A stretch of 64,000 bases of DNA, taken from NCBI GenBank assembly GCA_043228905.1, contig JBHGNT010000017.1, positions 18,786,001-18,850,000 of the forward strand, given 5' to 3'. This document shows, piece by piece, positions 1-13,750 of the stretch; the stretch's first letter is position 1; every line of letters begins with the position of its first letter. The notes below the pieces were generated by a model, which worked only from the letters and a program-made list of their open reading frames with translations, was not told the origin of the DNA and did no database searches. Both the position numbers and the translations under genes were made by a program. The DNA is from Azolla caroliniana (lineage: Eukaryota; Plantae; Polypodiophyta).

Positions 1-726
1 GCCAAAGCAAATGAAAATCTTCCGAGTCCATTTGATGATGTGGCCACATTGATCTCCAAGTTCGAATCCCAAGGACTATCAAAGGAAGATATGGTCACCC
101 TTTCAGGTGGGCCTTAAAATTAAATTTAAAGGAAGTAAACCTATAGCCATGCAAAAGAGGGGACAATGTAATGCTTAATCAAATACAATGAAGGAAATAA
201 ATCATAGGCATGCAAGCCATGTCAATGGGTTATTTCTACAAAGTTTGCACATACTTGTTTGGAATGTGTGCATGCAAATTATGACTAAATTATGTGCCCA
301 AGTTGTGTATTAGGTGCTCACACTATTGGGAAATCACGATGTATCATTTTTCGAAGTCGTCTCTATAACTTCAACAATACAAGCACAAGTGATCCTACCA
401 TAAATGTGTCGTACTTGAAATTATTAAAGAGCGTTTGCCCTCCATCTGGTGGTGATGATATACCATTTTTCTTAGATGTCAATACTCCCATCCGCTTTGA
501 TAACCAATATTTCACCAATCTTATTTATGGCAAGGGCCTTCTCACTTCTGACCAAGAGTTATTCTCCTCGGATGCCTCTACATCTGCTATTGTTCAAAAC
601 TATGCTCGAAACTACCAAGATTTTTTTGCCAACTTCCCTAAATCCATGATAGCCATGGGAAACTTGAACCCTCTAACTGGAACCTCCGGTCAAGTACGTG
701 CCAATTGTCATTTCATAAATAACTAG
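1..726 (+). CDS. Class III secretory peroxidase, last two exons (1-106, 314-726); 5' part lies outside the window
   Basis: Spliced translation ANENLPSPFDDVATLISKFESQGLSKEDMVTLSG|AHTIGKSRC...DVNTPIRFDNQYF...GLLTSDQEL...MGNLNPLTGTSGQVRANCHFIN; GT-AG intron 107-313 at the conserved LSG/AHT position (proximal heme His). Confidence 0.95.
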
Positions 727-2378
727 TTTTCATTAACAATGAGATACTTTAATTGTATAAATATGTCAACAATAAAATTTGGCCACTTTCATTACAACTA
801 CTTTTTGGCATTTGAGTGGATTAAACAAGAACTGTAATGAGAGTTACAAATGTAATTTAATGGTCAACTTCTTTGTAAGTACTAGACTTTTTAAGGGCAA
901 TCTTATTTGTTTGCACCTGTTATATTATAGAAGAGTTATTGATGTTGATGTTGCAACAGTTAGTTTTTGTAGCAAAGTGTAAGTATGGATGATCTCAAAT
1001 GAAAAGTATGCAATAACAAGCATAAACCAAAAGTCAATGCTCAAGGAATAATCCACAAACTTAAATTTTTGAACAACAAGACCAACCGGTACACCATTGT
1101 CCTTATGCATTTGATTTTGATGCAATAGCCTCATGGACTATGCATAATAATTTGTGGCAATGTAACAAAATATGTAATATGACGTACAAAGGAAACAACC
1201 ACAATGTGCTTCAACATGTGATGTGTTGTTATCCATATAGACTTTGAGCCAAATTTACTATTGAATGCTCGATTAGATATGAGTTCCATTATGTACAAAT
1301 GTGTGAGAACTACACAACAAGATGCACCATGCAAATAACACAACAATAACACTAAAAAGCCTTCAAATTACAGTTGTATTACGAGCATAATTGTAACTGT
1401 AGTAATGGGCTAGGAATGAAGGGTGAGGATTCAATTATCTCAATCCTACGGTGACAGATAACTTTAGAGAATTTCATTTACTTAACCTCTTTTTATAAAT
1501 AAAAAACACAGCCAAGTGTGAAACATTCAAGGGACTACGTTCAAGAGACCAGGGTTTGAGCCTATGTAAGAAGGCTAACTATCTTCATGGGGGGAAGCTC
1601 ATTTCTTTATTGTTTTATATAAAGACTCTGATTGTGTAACTTCACACAGGCGCGCCTCCTTCTCCTTCAAACCCAAGGTACAATCCATTTTCGTACTTGT
1701 TGGTATGGGACATCGATGGGGACTCAAATCTGTCTCTCACCTTCACTAAGGGGTGATTGGGAGGACCAACACCTTTTCTTCCTTATTTCCTTCTTAATTG
1801 GCTTAACATTAATTCCAGTTCTATTAGTTGGATTAGAGCATGATTAATGTTTTCTTGTGTTGGCTATTTTTTGTATGTTTTCCTTAATCTTGAAGCAATT
1901 AATGGAGTGCATTTTCTTGATCCAGAAACAAGAAACTCGAGAATTTCGATATTCTCTGTTTCTTTTTCTTTTCAATTGTGTTAAGCTTTTCTATTCTTTT
2001 CTCTCCTTCAAGCATTAGATACTTTGTTCATCAATATATATGATTTTATGTGGTGGATTTGTCTCGTGTTTAATACCCGTTTAGTATTAGTTGGATGTAG
2101 GTACCTAACTATAATGGGGTCTCTACGACACATGACAAAGCCTCGCTATAGTATGTTTTTCATAAGCAAAATAGATTGATTGAGTTTCCAGAGCAATCAT
2201 CATCAATGCTGAAATAACAGAGATTGTCGAGGAGTAAAGCACATAGTAAAGAAGTAAGCATGTAAGCACATGCCCCAAGCAAGTTTCACCAACTTTTTTC
2301 ATTCGGCCTCAACTATCTTGATTAGAACCCTCAATCATAATATGTTGTATGCACAAGACTCACCCCTTCAGGGGACGT

Positions 2379-3028
2379 TGTCATAGTGTATTTCGTACAC
2401 TACGTGAAAAACGTATAAAGTACTCGATTTAATAAATATTAAGAAAATATGAGAATACATGTTACATGCATAGGGCAAGATTCAAACCTTGCACCTCCAT
2501 GTTAATAAATTGAAGCTTTACCATTACACTAACACATAATAAGTATTAAAAAAACAGATATCTCAAATACAAAGGTTATTTTCACGTATATTTTTAGGAA
2601 AAACTACTTTTACATGTAGAGTGCATAAAACTTTAGTTAGAAGAAAACACATGATCGAAAAAACTAATCATGCACATCTCACGTGCATGAACATTATTAT
2701 TAGAAGAAAAGCCATAATAGGAAAAGCTATTCATAGTGTGCATGAACACTTTAGAAAAAGCATGATGCTTTCCATGTGGTAGACTATACTTAGCCTCTCC
2801 CATCACTATATAAGGTTGGGGGAAGCAAATTGTAAGCTTGTTGATTCTTGGGTTTTATTGATATTTCTAAATATTGATCTAATTGATTATATTCGTGTGA
2901 TGCATGATTTTCAATCTATCTTTTCTAATCTATTCTAATTTACTATTAGGATTCTAAGGGTTGATTAATCTAATACAATACACTTGTGGGATTCACGAGG
3001 TTTCTATATCTCTTTGTTACAATCTATT
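2379..3028 (+). mobile_element. Putative old LTR remnant (may resume at 14011-14077) that received two copia insertions
   Basis: Starts TGTCAT after a purine tract (AGGGGAC); has a TATATAA and an antisense tRNA-like cassette at 2473-2531; no partner LTR or TSD found. Confidence 0.3.
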
Positions 3029-3235
3029 TGTCGAATACGAGTGTATAATGGCCGTATTCACACTGTCCCTTTGGACAGCCCAAGTTTGGGCTATTTCTAT
3101 AAATAGCATAAAGGGCAGTTGCCCTAGGATAGTCACTATATAAAGTGACTTTGTAACCCTTAGATGGGATTGTTGTTGTTGTTGTTGGTGGTGGTGGTTA
3201 TTTTGTAACTGTTGATATTGAGAAATATAACGTTT

Positions 3236-3324
<89 letters not shown>

Positions 3325-6300
3325 ATTGCTCATTCATATACGCAGGTTCTTCACCATCACAAATGTTGTTTGTTCTTCCGCACCGATGACCTTGTCCTCA
3401 ACATTTGGTATCAGAGAGTTGGAGGTTCTTCAACCTTCTGTCGGCCTTCATCGTACACCACAACATTCTGTTTTTTGTAACTTCTTAAAGAACAGAGAAG
3501 AGAGAAGACAAACAAGAAGTTTGCATCTCACTGTGTTAAATCACTAATTGGAGTAAGCTAGCCGGTTATACTATGTTCCTGTGATTGTAACCACTTGAGG
3601 CGAGCTCCCTGTGCAACACCCGACCCAATCATGCTTCATTCGGTTAAACAACATCCGAATAGGTCACCGGACGCTATTCACCCGCTTGTTGTAACCACCC
3701 GCTTCAGATTGGTCTCCTGGCAACAACCAAATTCGTGCTTCATTCGGCTAATCGACATTCGGGAGGATCAGTTGGATCCGTCCCTCTCATCGCTACAGTT
3801 ATCCGAAGTAGAATCGGCCCAAACAATCGGTTTCTTGTAATCATTATTCGGCATAATATCGGAAGCTAACCGGGCTCACTCCGACTCGGCAACATTCGGG
3901 AAGACCAACCGATTCTATCCCTCAAGTTACCGGAGTCACTCCAAGCAAGTTCAGCAACAAGTATCCGAAACCAAACCGACTCGGGTTCAAAACCAACTAG
4001 AGTGATATCGGGTGAGCCGACCGGCTGCACCCCACTAAGGTTCATAGTCAACTCCAAACCAAGTCTTACCACTCGAAACCAAAGCAGATGGCATCAACAT
4101 CCGGCTCATCGGAGATGAGTCTAAGGAGGTTCGACGGTTCGAACTTCAACTTCTGGAAGGAACAAATGCAGGACTATCTCATAGTCAACGGTCAGATAGA
4201 CCCGATTGAGAATGAAAATCCTCCAGAAGCATACAAGGCAAACGAGTGGCTAAAGCTGGACAGAATTGTCCGCACCACGATTCGGATGCACTTGTCGGAG
4301 TCAGTGTACTTCACAATGCAATCATGCACGACAACTTTTGAACTTTGGAAAACACTGTCGGAAACTTATGAAAAGAAGGTCGTCGCAACGAAGATGTATT
4401 TGATCCGGCGCCTCTACAACTTGCGGATGAAAGAATCTGATTCAGTTCAGGCACACCTCAACGAGTACGAAAGCATAAGCTCCCAAATCTCGTCTCAGGG
4501 GACGACAATCGAGGATGAACTCAGAGCAATGATACTCATGAGTAGCCTCCCCTCTTCATGGGAAACTTTCATTACAACCCTGTGCAATGCTTCAACGACT
4601 GTTGTTAAGTACTCCGAAGTCACGAGCGCAATCCTGACTGAAGCTGCTCCGAGAAAGTCTTTCGCCAAAGACCCGGCAAATGTAGCTTACGTAGTACAAG
4701 GTTCGACCGACTGTTCGAACAACCGGGGAAGAAGTTCTTCCCAACCGCTGAACAATCAGCAAAGCCAGAGCAAGTCTCGGGACAACCGAATCTGCAACTA
4801 TTGCAAGAAACCAGGACACATCAAAGCCGACTATCGGGCACTCAAAGCAAAAACGGACAAAGCTCAGAGAGCGGATCAGAAGAGTAGCCGGCATGAGGAG
4901 GTCAACTACGTCGGCTCTTCAGCCGAAATTTTGACGACTGACCCGAACATATTGTTCATAGAGAACCTAATCGAATCATAAGTTCTGCTTACGACTGAGG
5001 AATTGAGCACATGGCTCTTGGACTCGGGCGCATCGTATCATGTGACACCTCACCGATCTCAGTTTCGGTAATACTCGAACCGACACTCCAACTCAGTTCG
5101 AGTCAGAAACTCGCAGCATTGTGCTATAATCGAAATCGGCACCGTAGAGCCCAACCTTCCGAGTGGCTCTACACTCGTACTACACAATGTCTGACACGTT
5201 CCTGAGTTCTCAAGACCCTTGATCTCAGTCGGACAGCTTGGCGAAGCCGGCATCCGTGCCGGGTTCTCATCAGGAGGGTGGACACTCCACAAAGGGAACC
5301 TCCTGCTTGCTCGAGGACCAAAGGTACACTCTTTGTACCCTTTATATGTCACACTCAAAGAGGGTGACTTATTTCTGGTTGATATCCCCGTGTCATCGTT
5401 ATGGCACAGACGACTTGGACACCTCAGCAAGGCCGGCATAATGCACTTATCCAGAGCCGGTTACATCCCCAAACTCTCCTTCTCGGATCACCAATTCTGC
5501 GAGCATTGCCAGTACGGCAAACAGGTAGCCGCATCACACCCGACATCAGCACCATGAGAATCGAGTCCCCTCGATTTGGTCCACTCGGATGTCTGTGGCC
5601 CGATGCCACATAAGTCTCTCGGCGGTGCTTCGTACTTCGTCAGTTTCATTGACAACTCGACTCGGAAGGTGTGGGCTTACCCCATTAGAACCAAAGATCG
5701 GGTGTTCTTGATCTTCTCTGAATGGCTTGCAATGGTCGAAAATCAGACCGGTCGGAAACTGAAATGTCTCCGAACTGACAACAGAGGAGAATTCAAGTAT
5801 GAAGAATTCGTCAAATTTTGCCGAGGACGCGGCATTCGACGTGAATACACGGCAACTTATAGTCCGGAGCATAACAGAATTGCAGAACGCATGAATCAGA
5901 TGATTCAAGAACGCGTAGTATCCATGCTCCAACACTCCAGACTGTCAGATGGCTTCTGGGCGGAGGCTCTACTTACGGTTGTACACATAATCAATATGTT
6001 GCCAAGTAGACCTCTAGGACTTAAAATACCTCAGGAAATATGGACCGGCAGTAAGCCAAGTTATGACAAGCTGAGGATCTTTGACTGCGAGGCATATGCC
6101 CTCATACCGAAAGACGACCGTCGGAAACTCGAACCAAGATAAAGGAAATGCGTTTTCTTTGGATATCGACCCGACGGCGAGATTGGATACCGACTCTAGG
6201 ACCCCGAGCATAGACAAATCGTCCGAAGTTCGAACGTTGTGTTCAACGAGTCGACTATGCATAAAAAGCCGAAAGGCCTATTGAAGTTCAAAGGGTTATT

Positions 6301-8620
6301 CCAAAGTGCCAACCCTTCATGAAGGCCCTGCCCACAACACGAGATCGGTTTCACGGGTAACCAACACCTCTCGTTCTGAATCCACCGATTCAGCACAGCC
6401 GAATGGCTCGGCTTCCGACCATCCGACATCTATACCCGGTGCGACCAATCCAGTCATACCTCGAAGATCCGAGAGACTGTCGCAACCTTCGAAAAGATAC
6501 TCTCCTGGAATTTTCTTTACCGACGCCGGCGAATTGACGTCTTACGAAGAAGCATCGACATCTGCCGACTCAGCCACCTAGCATCTGGCGATGGAGTCGG
6601 AAATGCAGTCCATTCACGCAAACAAGACTTGGGACTTGGTCGAATTACAGAAGAATCGGCGTGCTCTTCCGTGCAAGTGGGTCTATCGACTAAAAGAGAC
6701 ATCCGACTCAACCAACCCAAAGTACAAGGCCCGATTAGTTGCAAAGGGATTTCGACAAGAACATGGCATCGACTTCGACGAAATCTTTTCACCAGTGGTG
6801 AAAATGACAACCCTTCGTTTCATGCTCGACATCGTGGCCGCCGACAACTTGGAGCTGATTCAGCTAGATGTAAAAACGGCATTCCTCCACGGTGACCTAT
6901 AGGAGGAAATCTATATGGAGCAGCCGAAAGGCTTTGTGGCATCCGGCCAGGAACATCTAGTTTGCTGACTCAAGAAGAGTTTATATGGCCTGAAACAGGC
7001 ACCCCGACAGTGGTACAAGAAGTTCGACGACTTCATCCAATTGGTCGGCTTCTCCAAGAGCGATGAGGACCACTGTCTCTTCACCAAAACAGCTCAAGAC
7101 GGGTCTCCCGTCTTCCTCATCATTTACGTGGATAACATGCTACTCTCCGGTCGACATGTCGGAGAGCTCACTGAACTCGTTCGGAAACTATGGTTGAAGT
7201 TTGCCATGAAGGACCTCGGTCCGGCAAGACACATACTTGGTATGAAGATTAGTCGGCATCGCGATAAACAACCACTTTTCTTGTCTCAAACCGACTACAT
7301 CGGACGTGTCTTGGAACGCTTCAACATGCGCTCGGCCAAGTCTGCTTCGACCCCGCTCCCCATTAACCTTCGACTATCTCATCGAGACTGCCCGACATCC
7401 GGTCCGGAGGGGGAAGATATGAAGTCAGTATCGTATGCACCGGCAGTCTGCTCCCTTATGTACACGATGGTCGCGACACGGCCTGATGTTTCTCACGTCG
7501 TAGGAGTCGTCTACAGATTCATGCACAACCCAGGCCGATCGCATTGGAATGCAGTCAAGCATGTGTTCAAATATCTAGTTGGCACAAAAGACCACAACAT
7601 TCTTTTTGGCCCGAACTCAACCTCAGGCGTAGTTGGTTACACCGACTCGGACTTCGCCGGCTGCGTGGACAGTCGGAAATCAACAACCGGATACTACTTC
7701 AAATTCGGCAATGGAGCAATCTCGTGGAAGTCGAAACTCTAGGAGTGCACAACCACCTCAATGACCGATTCAGCAGAATATGTAGTCGGGTTCGACGCAG
7801 CAAAAGAAGCCTTATGGCTCAGTTGGCTGGTGCACACGTTTCGACAAGTCGACTCCGACTCGGCTCCAGTTGTCTACAGTGACAGTCAGGGTGCTATTGC
7901 TTTGTCAAAGAATCCGGTTCACCACAATGCCTCCAAGCATATCGACGTTTGATATCACTTCGTTCGGGACTGCATCATTTCAAGGAAAATCGGTCTCGAG
8001 AAGATATCCACAACCGATAATGTCATAGATGGAATGACCAAGTGTCTTTCGGCGGATCGTTTCCGGTCCCTTCGGCACCAGATGGGTGTAACGAAAAATC
8101 GGTCTAGTTAAAGTCAGACACACAGCACAAGATGGTTTCGGACAACCGACATCGGTCCTTTGAGGATCGGCTTCAACTCTTCCGACCCGACTGGTTCGGT
8201 CTTCTGTCTTCAGATCTTGCCGACTCTAACAAAACCGATCTGTCCGATAAACCTTGTATATACCTGTAATTTCAGATAACCCGTGTATACACCCATTACG
8301 GGGGAGTGTCGAATACAAGTGTATAATGGCTGTATTCACATTGTCCCTTTGGACAGCCCAAGTTTGGGCTATTTTTGTAAATAGCATAAAGGGCAGTTGC
8401 CCTAGGATAGTCACTATATAAAGTGATTTTGTAACCCTTAGATGGGGTTGTTTTTGTTGGTGGTGGTTATTTTGTAACTGTTGATATTGAGAAATATAAC
8501 GTTTCTTTTGTGCCTCTCTCTCTCTCTCTCTCTCTCTGTGTATTGCACATTCATATACGCAAGTTCTTCACCATCACAAATGTTGTTTGTTCTTCCGCAC
8601 TGACGACCTTGTCCCCAACA
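3029..8620 (+). mobile_element. Ty1/copia LTR retrotransposon A (full length, decayed)
   Basis: LTRs 3029-3403 and 8307-8620 (TG...CA); TSD CTATT at 3024-3028 and 8621-8625; PBS TGGTATCAGAG (tRNA-iMet) 3406-3416; PPT 8298-8306; domain order gag-PR-INT-RT-RH. Confidence 0.97.
4088..8111 (+). pseudogene. Disrupted gag-pol of copia A
   Basis: Fragments with zinc knuckle CNYCKKPGH, protease WLLDSGAS, integrase VHSDVCGP, RT YKARLVAKGF/IYVDNML and RNase H YTDSDFAG, broken by many stops and frameshifts. Confidence 0.93.
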
Positions 8621-8636
8621 CTATTAACATTCCTAT

Positions 8637-11600
8637 TGAAGAGAATTGCGCAGAATACTGCTTGGCCACAACCGAGTCTTGAATCACTTCAACGAGAATG
8701 AAACACAGAAATGGGAAACAGAGAGTGAACGCATGTACACACACACACACACACACACACACCGATACAGAGTACACAGGATGTTTACGTGGAAAAACCA
8801 TGGGAGCCCACAGACTCCAAACTAACACTATGAAGAAAGAGGGTACACTCAGAGACTCAGAGGCAACGACCTCGAGCTCAGTTTCTTCGCCAAGCGGCGG
8901 TTACAACAAAAACCGTTTTGTATCTCACTCACTCTCTCTCTTTGTCACTCACTCTGTACAACAGTTATACATACAATAATATAACAACCACCACACATAA
9001 ATTGATTGCCCTATGTCATATTTATACTTATATGAACTTAGGGCTATTTACAAATATAGCCTCAATAAGCTTACTCAAAACATATTTACAAATATGTCTT
9101 CCGGTTCTCACCGGGTTCATCCGATCTGGTTTCCGGATCTCTTCCAGTTCTCACTTGATCCATCTAATCTAGTTTCCGAATCTCTTCCGGTTCTCACCGG
9201 GCCCTCTTCATCCATAACCGGATCCCATCCAGAGGGACCAACAATCTTCCCCTTCACTCCAGCATGGGATGTCTCGCCAGCCCGATCCGCTTTCGGCACA
9301 CATTCAATTTGTTGGTTGTCAACACCTTGGTCAACATATTCCTCCGTGTGAATCTTTGTTAACACAAACTCTTGATCTTCTACTCTCTCTTGGATCCAGT
9401 GGTACCTCCGTTGGATATGTTTTGTCTGGGAATGGTAGGCCACATTCTTCGCAAGGTGGATGGTATTTTGACTATCGCAGTAGAGTCGGTATTCCTCCTG
9501 TTGGATCCCTAGCTCTCTGATGAAGTCCTTCATCTAGATTGTCTCCTTGTCGGCTTCTACAACTGCCATGTACTCCGCCTCTATGGTTGACAAAGCAACC
9601 GTCTTCTGCAGCCTCCACTGCCATGATACCGCTCCCCCTGCATAAGTCATGACATATCCGGATGTAGACTGGCTGGTATTTGCATCAGCCGACATATCCG
9701 AATCCGTGAATCCATCAAGTTGGGGATTACCAGAGCCGAACTGGAGGCACATACTCAAGGTGCCTTTCAGATACCAGAGTATCCACTGGACTGCGTTCCA
9801 GTGCTCTTTTCTGGGATTGCTCATGAACCAGCTCACCACTTCGACTGCATATCCGATATCCGGCCAGGTACATACCATCGCGTACATCAAGCTTTCGATG
9901 GTAGAGGCATATGGTATCTTCATCATATCTGTCTTCTCTGTCTTTGACCTCAAACTTTGTTTTCCAGATAGCTTGCAGTTTTTCGGAAGTGTCGATCCGA
10001 CCGGTTTCGCCTCCAACATGTTGAACCGTTGAAGCACTTTTGTCATGTACTTCTCCTGTGACAACCACAACAACTTCTTCAACGGGTCCCGAATGATGTG
10101 CATTCCCAATATTGGTCTTGCCGAACCCAAGTCTTTCATTGAGAAGGTCCGGTTTAGAGCCTTCTTCAGCATCCGAATCTTGCCTTGGTCTCGTTCGACG
10201 ATCAACATATCATCCACATATAGGAGGAGTATCAGGAAATCTCCTCCATCAAATTTCTTCACAAACACGCAATGATCAGCCAACGTCTTGTGGTACCCTT
10301 GGTCGGTCATGAAGGAGTCGAACTTTCGGTACCATTGCCGGGGAGCTTGTTTCAGTCCATATAAGCTCTTCTTTAGCCGGCACACTAGGTGCTCCTTCCC
10401 TTTCTTCTCAAATCCTTCCGGTTGATGCATGTAGATCTCTTCTTCGAGGTCACCATGGAGGAATGTCATCTTGACATCCAATTGTTGTACATCGAGGTCC
10501 ATGCTTGCTTCTATGCTCAATACCGTCCGAATGGATGTCATCTTTACTACTAGGGCAACGATCTCATCGAAGTTCACTCCTTTCTTCTACTGGAAGCCCT
10601 TCACCACAATTCGGGCCTTATACCTTGGTGAATTTCCGGCATCTCCCAGTTTCACCGTGTACACCCACTTGTTCCGGAGTGCTATCTTCCCTTTCGACAA
10701 CTCCGTCAGTTCATATGTGTGATTCTCATGTAGGGAATCCATCTCATCCTGCATGGCATTCAACCACTTGCAGTTGTGGGCGTCTCTCTTTGCTTCTTCG
10801 AAGCTTTCCGGCTCCCTCTTATCGGTTAGCAACACATGCTCTGCATCCGGAAATCTCTGGGGGGCTCTTCTCTCTCAGAGAGGATATCTCCGTCCTTGGT
10901 TTCTGACTATCGGTTCCTCTGTTTGTTCCTCATCTGAATCCGATTCGGGATCTTGTCCGGTTCCGGTGTCTCCTTCTTCTTCTTCTTCTTCGATCAGTTT
11001 GGTTTCTTGTCTGTATCCGGCCGGTTCGTCGAGTGTCATCCGGTTTTCAACCGGGTATGTCCTTGTGTCCTCAAGCTGGTTTTCATTGGATGATCCGAAG
11101 TTCATCACCTTCGTCTCCGACTCCCAATCAGCAATGGTCTTGTCTTCCATGAAGACTATGTCTCGACTCCGGAACACCTTCTTGTCGACCAGATCCCACA
11201 CCCAGTAACCGAACTCATCATCGTCATATCCAAGGAATATGCATGGCCTGGACTTAGAATCGAACTTTACTCTCTTGTCCTTTGCTACATGCACATATGC
11301 GAGACACCCGAACACCTTCAGATGCCGGTAAGACACGTCCTTACCGGTCTATAGTCTTTGCATTGTGTCTCCGTCCAAGGGGACTAAGGGTGATTTGTTT
11401 ATCACATAGGTCGTCGTCGTCAACGCCTCAGCCCAAAAGGTCTTGGGTAACTTTGCATGTGCTAGCATGCTCCGAACTCTATCCATCACGGTCCGGTTCA
11501 TCCGTTCAGCCAACCCATTCAATTCCGGCGTCTTAGGCAGGGTGAATTGGAGCCAAATTCCCTTCGACCGGCAGTACTCCTTGAACTACCCCCGATATTC

Positions 11601-13693
11601 TCCCTTGTTGTTCGCTCAAACCGCCTTCAGCTTCCAGCCGGTTTCTCTTTCCACTCTCGCGTGGAGCTCCTTGAAGACGGATAGCACCTGATCCTTCGTC
11701 TTCAACGGTGAGACCCACAGCTTCCGGCTGTGGTCATCTATGAGCATCACGAAGTACTGCGATTTGGCATGTGACTTCGTGTCCACTTGACACACATCAG
11801 TATGCACCAGCTCCAGTGGTGCATTCCATCTCATCGGTGGTCTTGGCTGGAAGGAGTTTCGGTTTTGCTTGTCGACAAGACAATCAGTGCACTTCTCAAG
11901 TTGCATGTCCTTCACCAAAATGAGATTGTCTTCGACAAGTCTCTTCATTTCCATCTCACTCATGTGACACAGTCTTTTGTGCCACAACTCACCGACAGTG
12001 TCGGATGCTACGTTCACTTCTTCCCGGCATATCCGAGCATGCATCAAATACATCGTGTTGACCTTCCAGGCTCGAGCCACTATTAGGATCCCTTTGTTGA
12101 ACTTCATGACTCCATTCCGGATGCTACCCGTGTAGCCTTCATCATCTAGCCGACCAGCTGATATGAGGTTCAGTCGAACCTCCGGAACGTGTTGGACATC
12201 CTTCAGCAACAACTTGCATCCGGTTGGTGTCGTCAACAACACGTCTCCTATGCCGATGATTCGACATGTGCCTTCATTCCCCATCCGGACGCAACCATGA
12301 TCACCGGCTGTGTAGGATGAGAAACATTTCCGATCCGGTGTCAGGTGGAACGACGCTCCGGAATCGACAACCCATGTTGTCTCATCGTCGACAAGGTTTA
12401 GCTCATTCTCCTCGGTAAGGAGCATCAGTTCTTCTTCACTTGTCGCGATTTCTGAGTAGACACTTGGATTTTCGTCTTGCCTTTTCGGAATGTTAATAAA
12501 TTCTGATTCCAATTTTGCTTACCGACGTTCCTTTCCGATCTGGGCCTCTCCGGTCCGAACCGTTTTGGTCCAAACTCTTCTTGGAATCGGTGGTGCCGGT
12601 TTCTTTCTCTTTTCGGAAATGCCAACAATTCTTTTGGAAGTGCCCTAGCTTCCCACAGTAGAAGCAAGTAGGCCTCCCCCTTGACTTCGACCTTGTCCCC
12701 GATTTGTCCCGGTTTTGAGGACTCTGATACCGGCCTCTTCCCCAATTGTGGTTATCTTTCGTGACTAAGGCCTTCGGATCGGTTCCGGACTCCCGGTCCT
12801 TACGGCGAGCTTTTTCATCTAGCAGGGTTGACTTGACTCTTGCTAGGGACAATTGTTTTCCTTCCGGCCCGGCGTTGCCCAATGTGACAACTAGTGTCTC
12901 CCAACTATTCAGGAGGGAACCGAGCAGGAGTAATGCGAGTACCTCATCGGCGAGAGGTACTTCCAACGAGGTTGCTTGGCGGATCAGTCCCTGGAAGGCA
13001 TTCATGTGCTCCGCCATACTAGAGTCGTCCTGGTACCGGAGCCTCACTAGCTTCCGGAACACCAAAACCCGATTGACAACATTCTTGTTCTAGAACATGA
13101 CGCTGATCTTCTCCCAGAGTTCATGAGCCTTGCTCTCTTCATTGAAGTTGTTGTACAAGCTCATGTCCATGAAGCACCGGATGTATGTCGTCGTCTTCAT
13201 GTGCATCACCTCCCACACTGTGGCGTCGATCTTATCCGGTCTCTTGTCCCCGAACTGAACCGGCAACCAAAGATCTTTAACCACCATCATATCCCTCATC
13301 TTCGATTTCCACACTGAGTAGTTGGAGCCGGTGAGCTTGAACATGCCATCGAACGATTCTTCCATTTCCTATGTTGTTCACTCTGATACCAGTTTGAAGA
13401 GAATCGCGCGGAATACTACTTGGCCACAACCGAGTCTTGAATCACTTCAATGAGAATGAAACACAGAAATGGGAAACAGAGAGTGAACACACATACACAC
13501 ACACACACACACCGATAGAGAGTACACAGGATGTTTACGTGGAAAACCCTAATAGGGAAAAACCACAGGAGCCCACAGACTCTGAACTAACACTATGAAG
13601 AAAGAGGGTACACTCAGAGACTCGGAGGCAACGACCTCGAGCTCAATTTCTTCGCCAATGGCGATTACAACAGAAACCATTCTGTATCTCACA

Positions 13694-13750
<57 letters not shown>

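Noticed and set aside
1500-1580. SINE- or tRNA-like A/B boxes
   Set aside because: Too degenerate; no cloverleaf, tail or TSD.
3017-3547. ORFs rich in HT/CV/SL/ER dipeptides here and in other LTRs
   Set aside because: Translations of (CA)n and (CT)n microsatellites.
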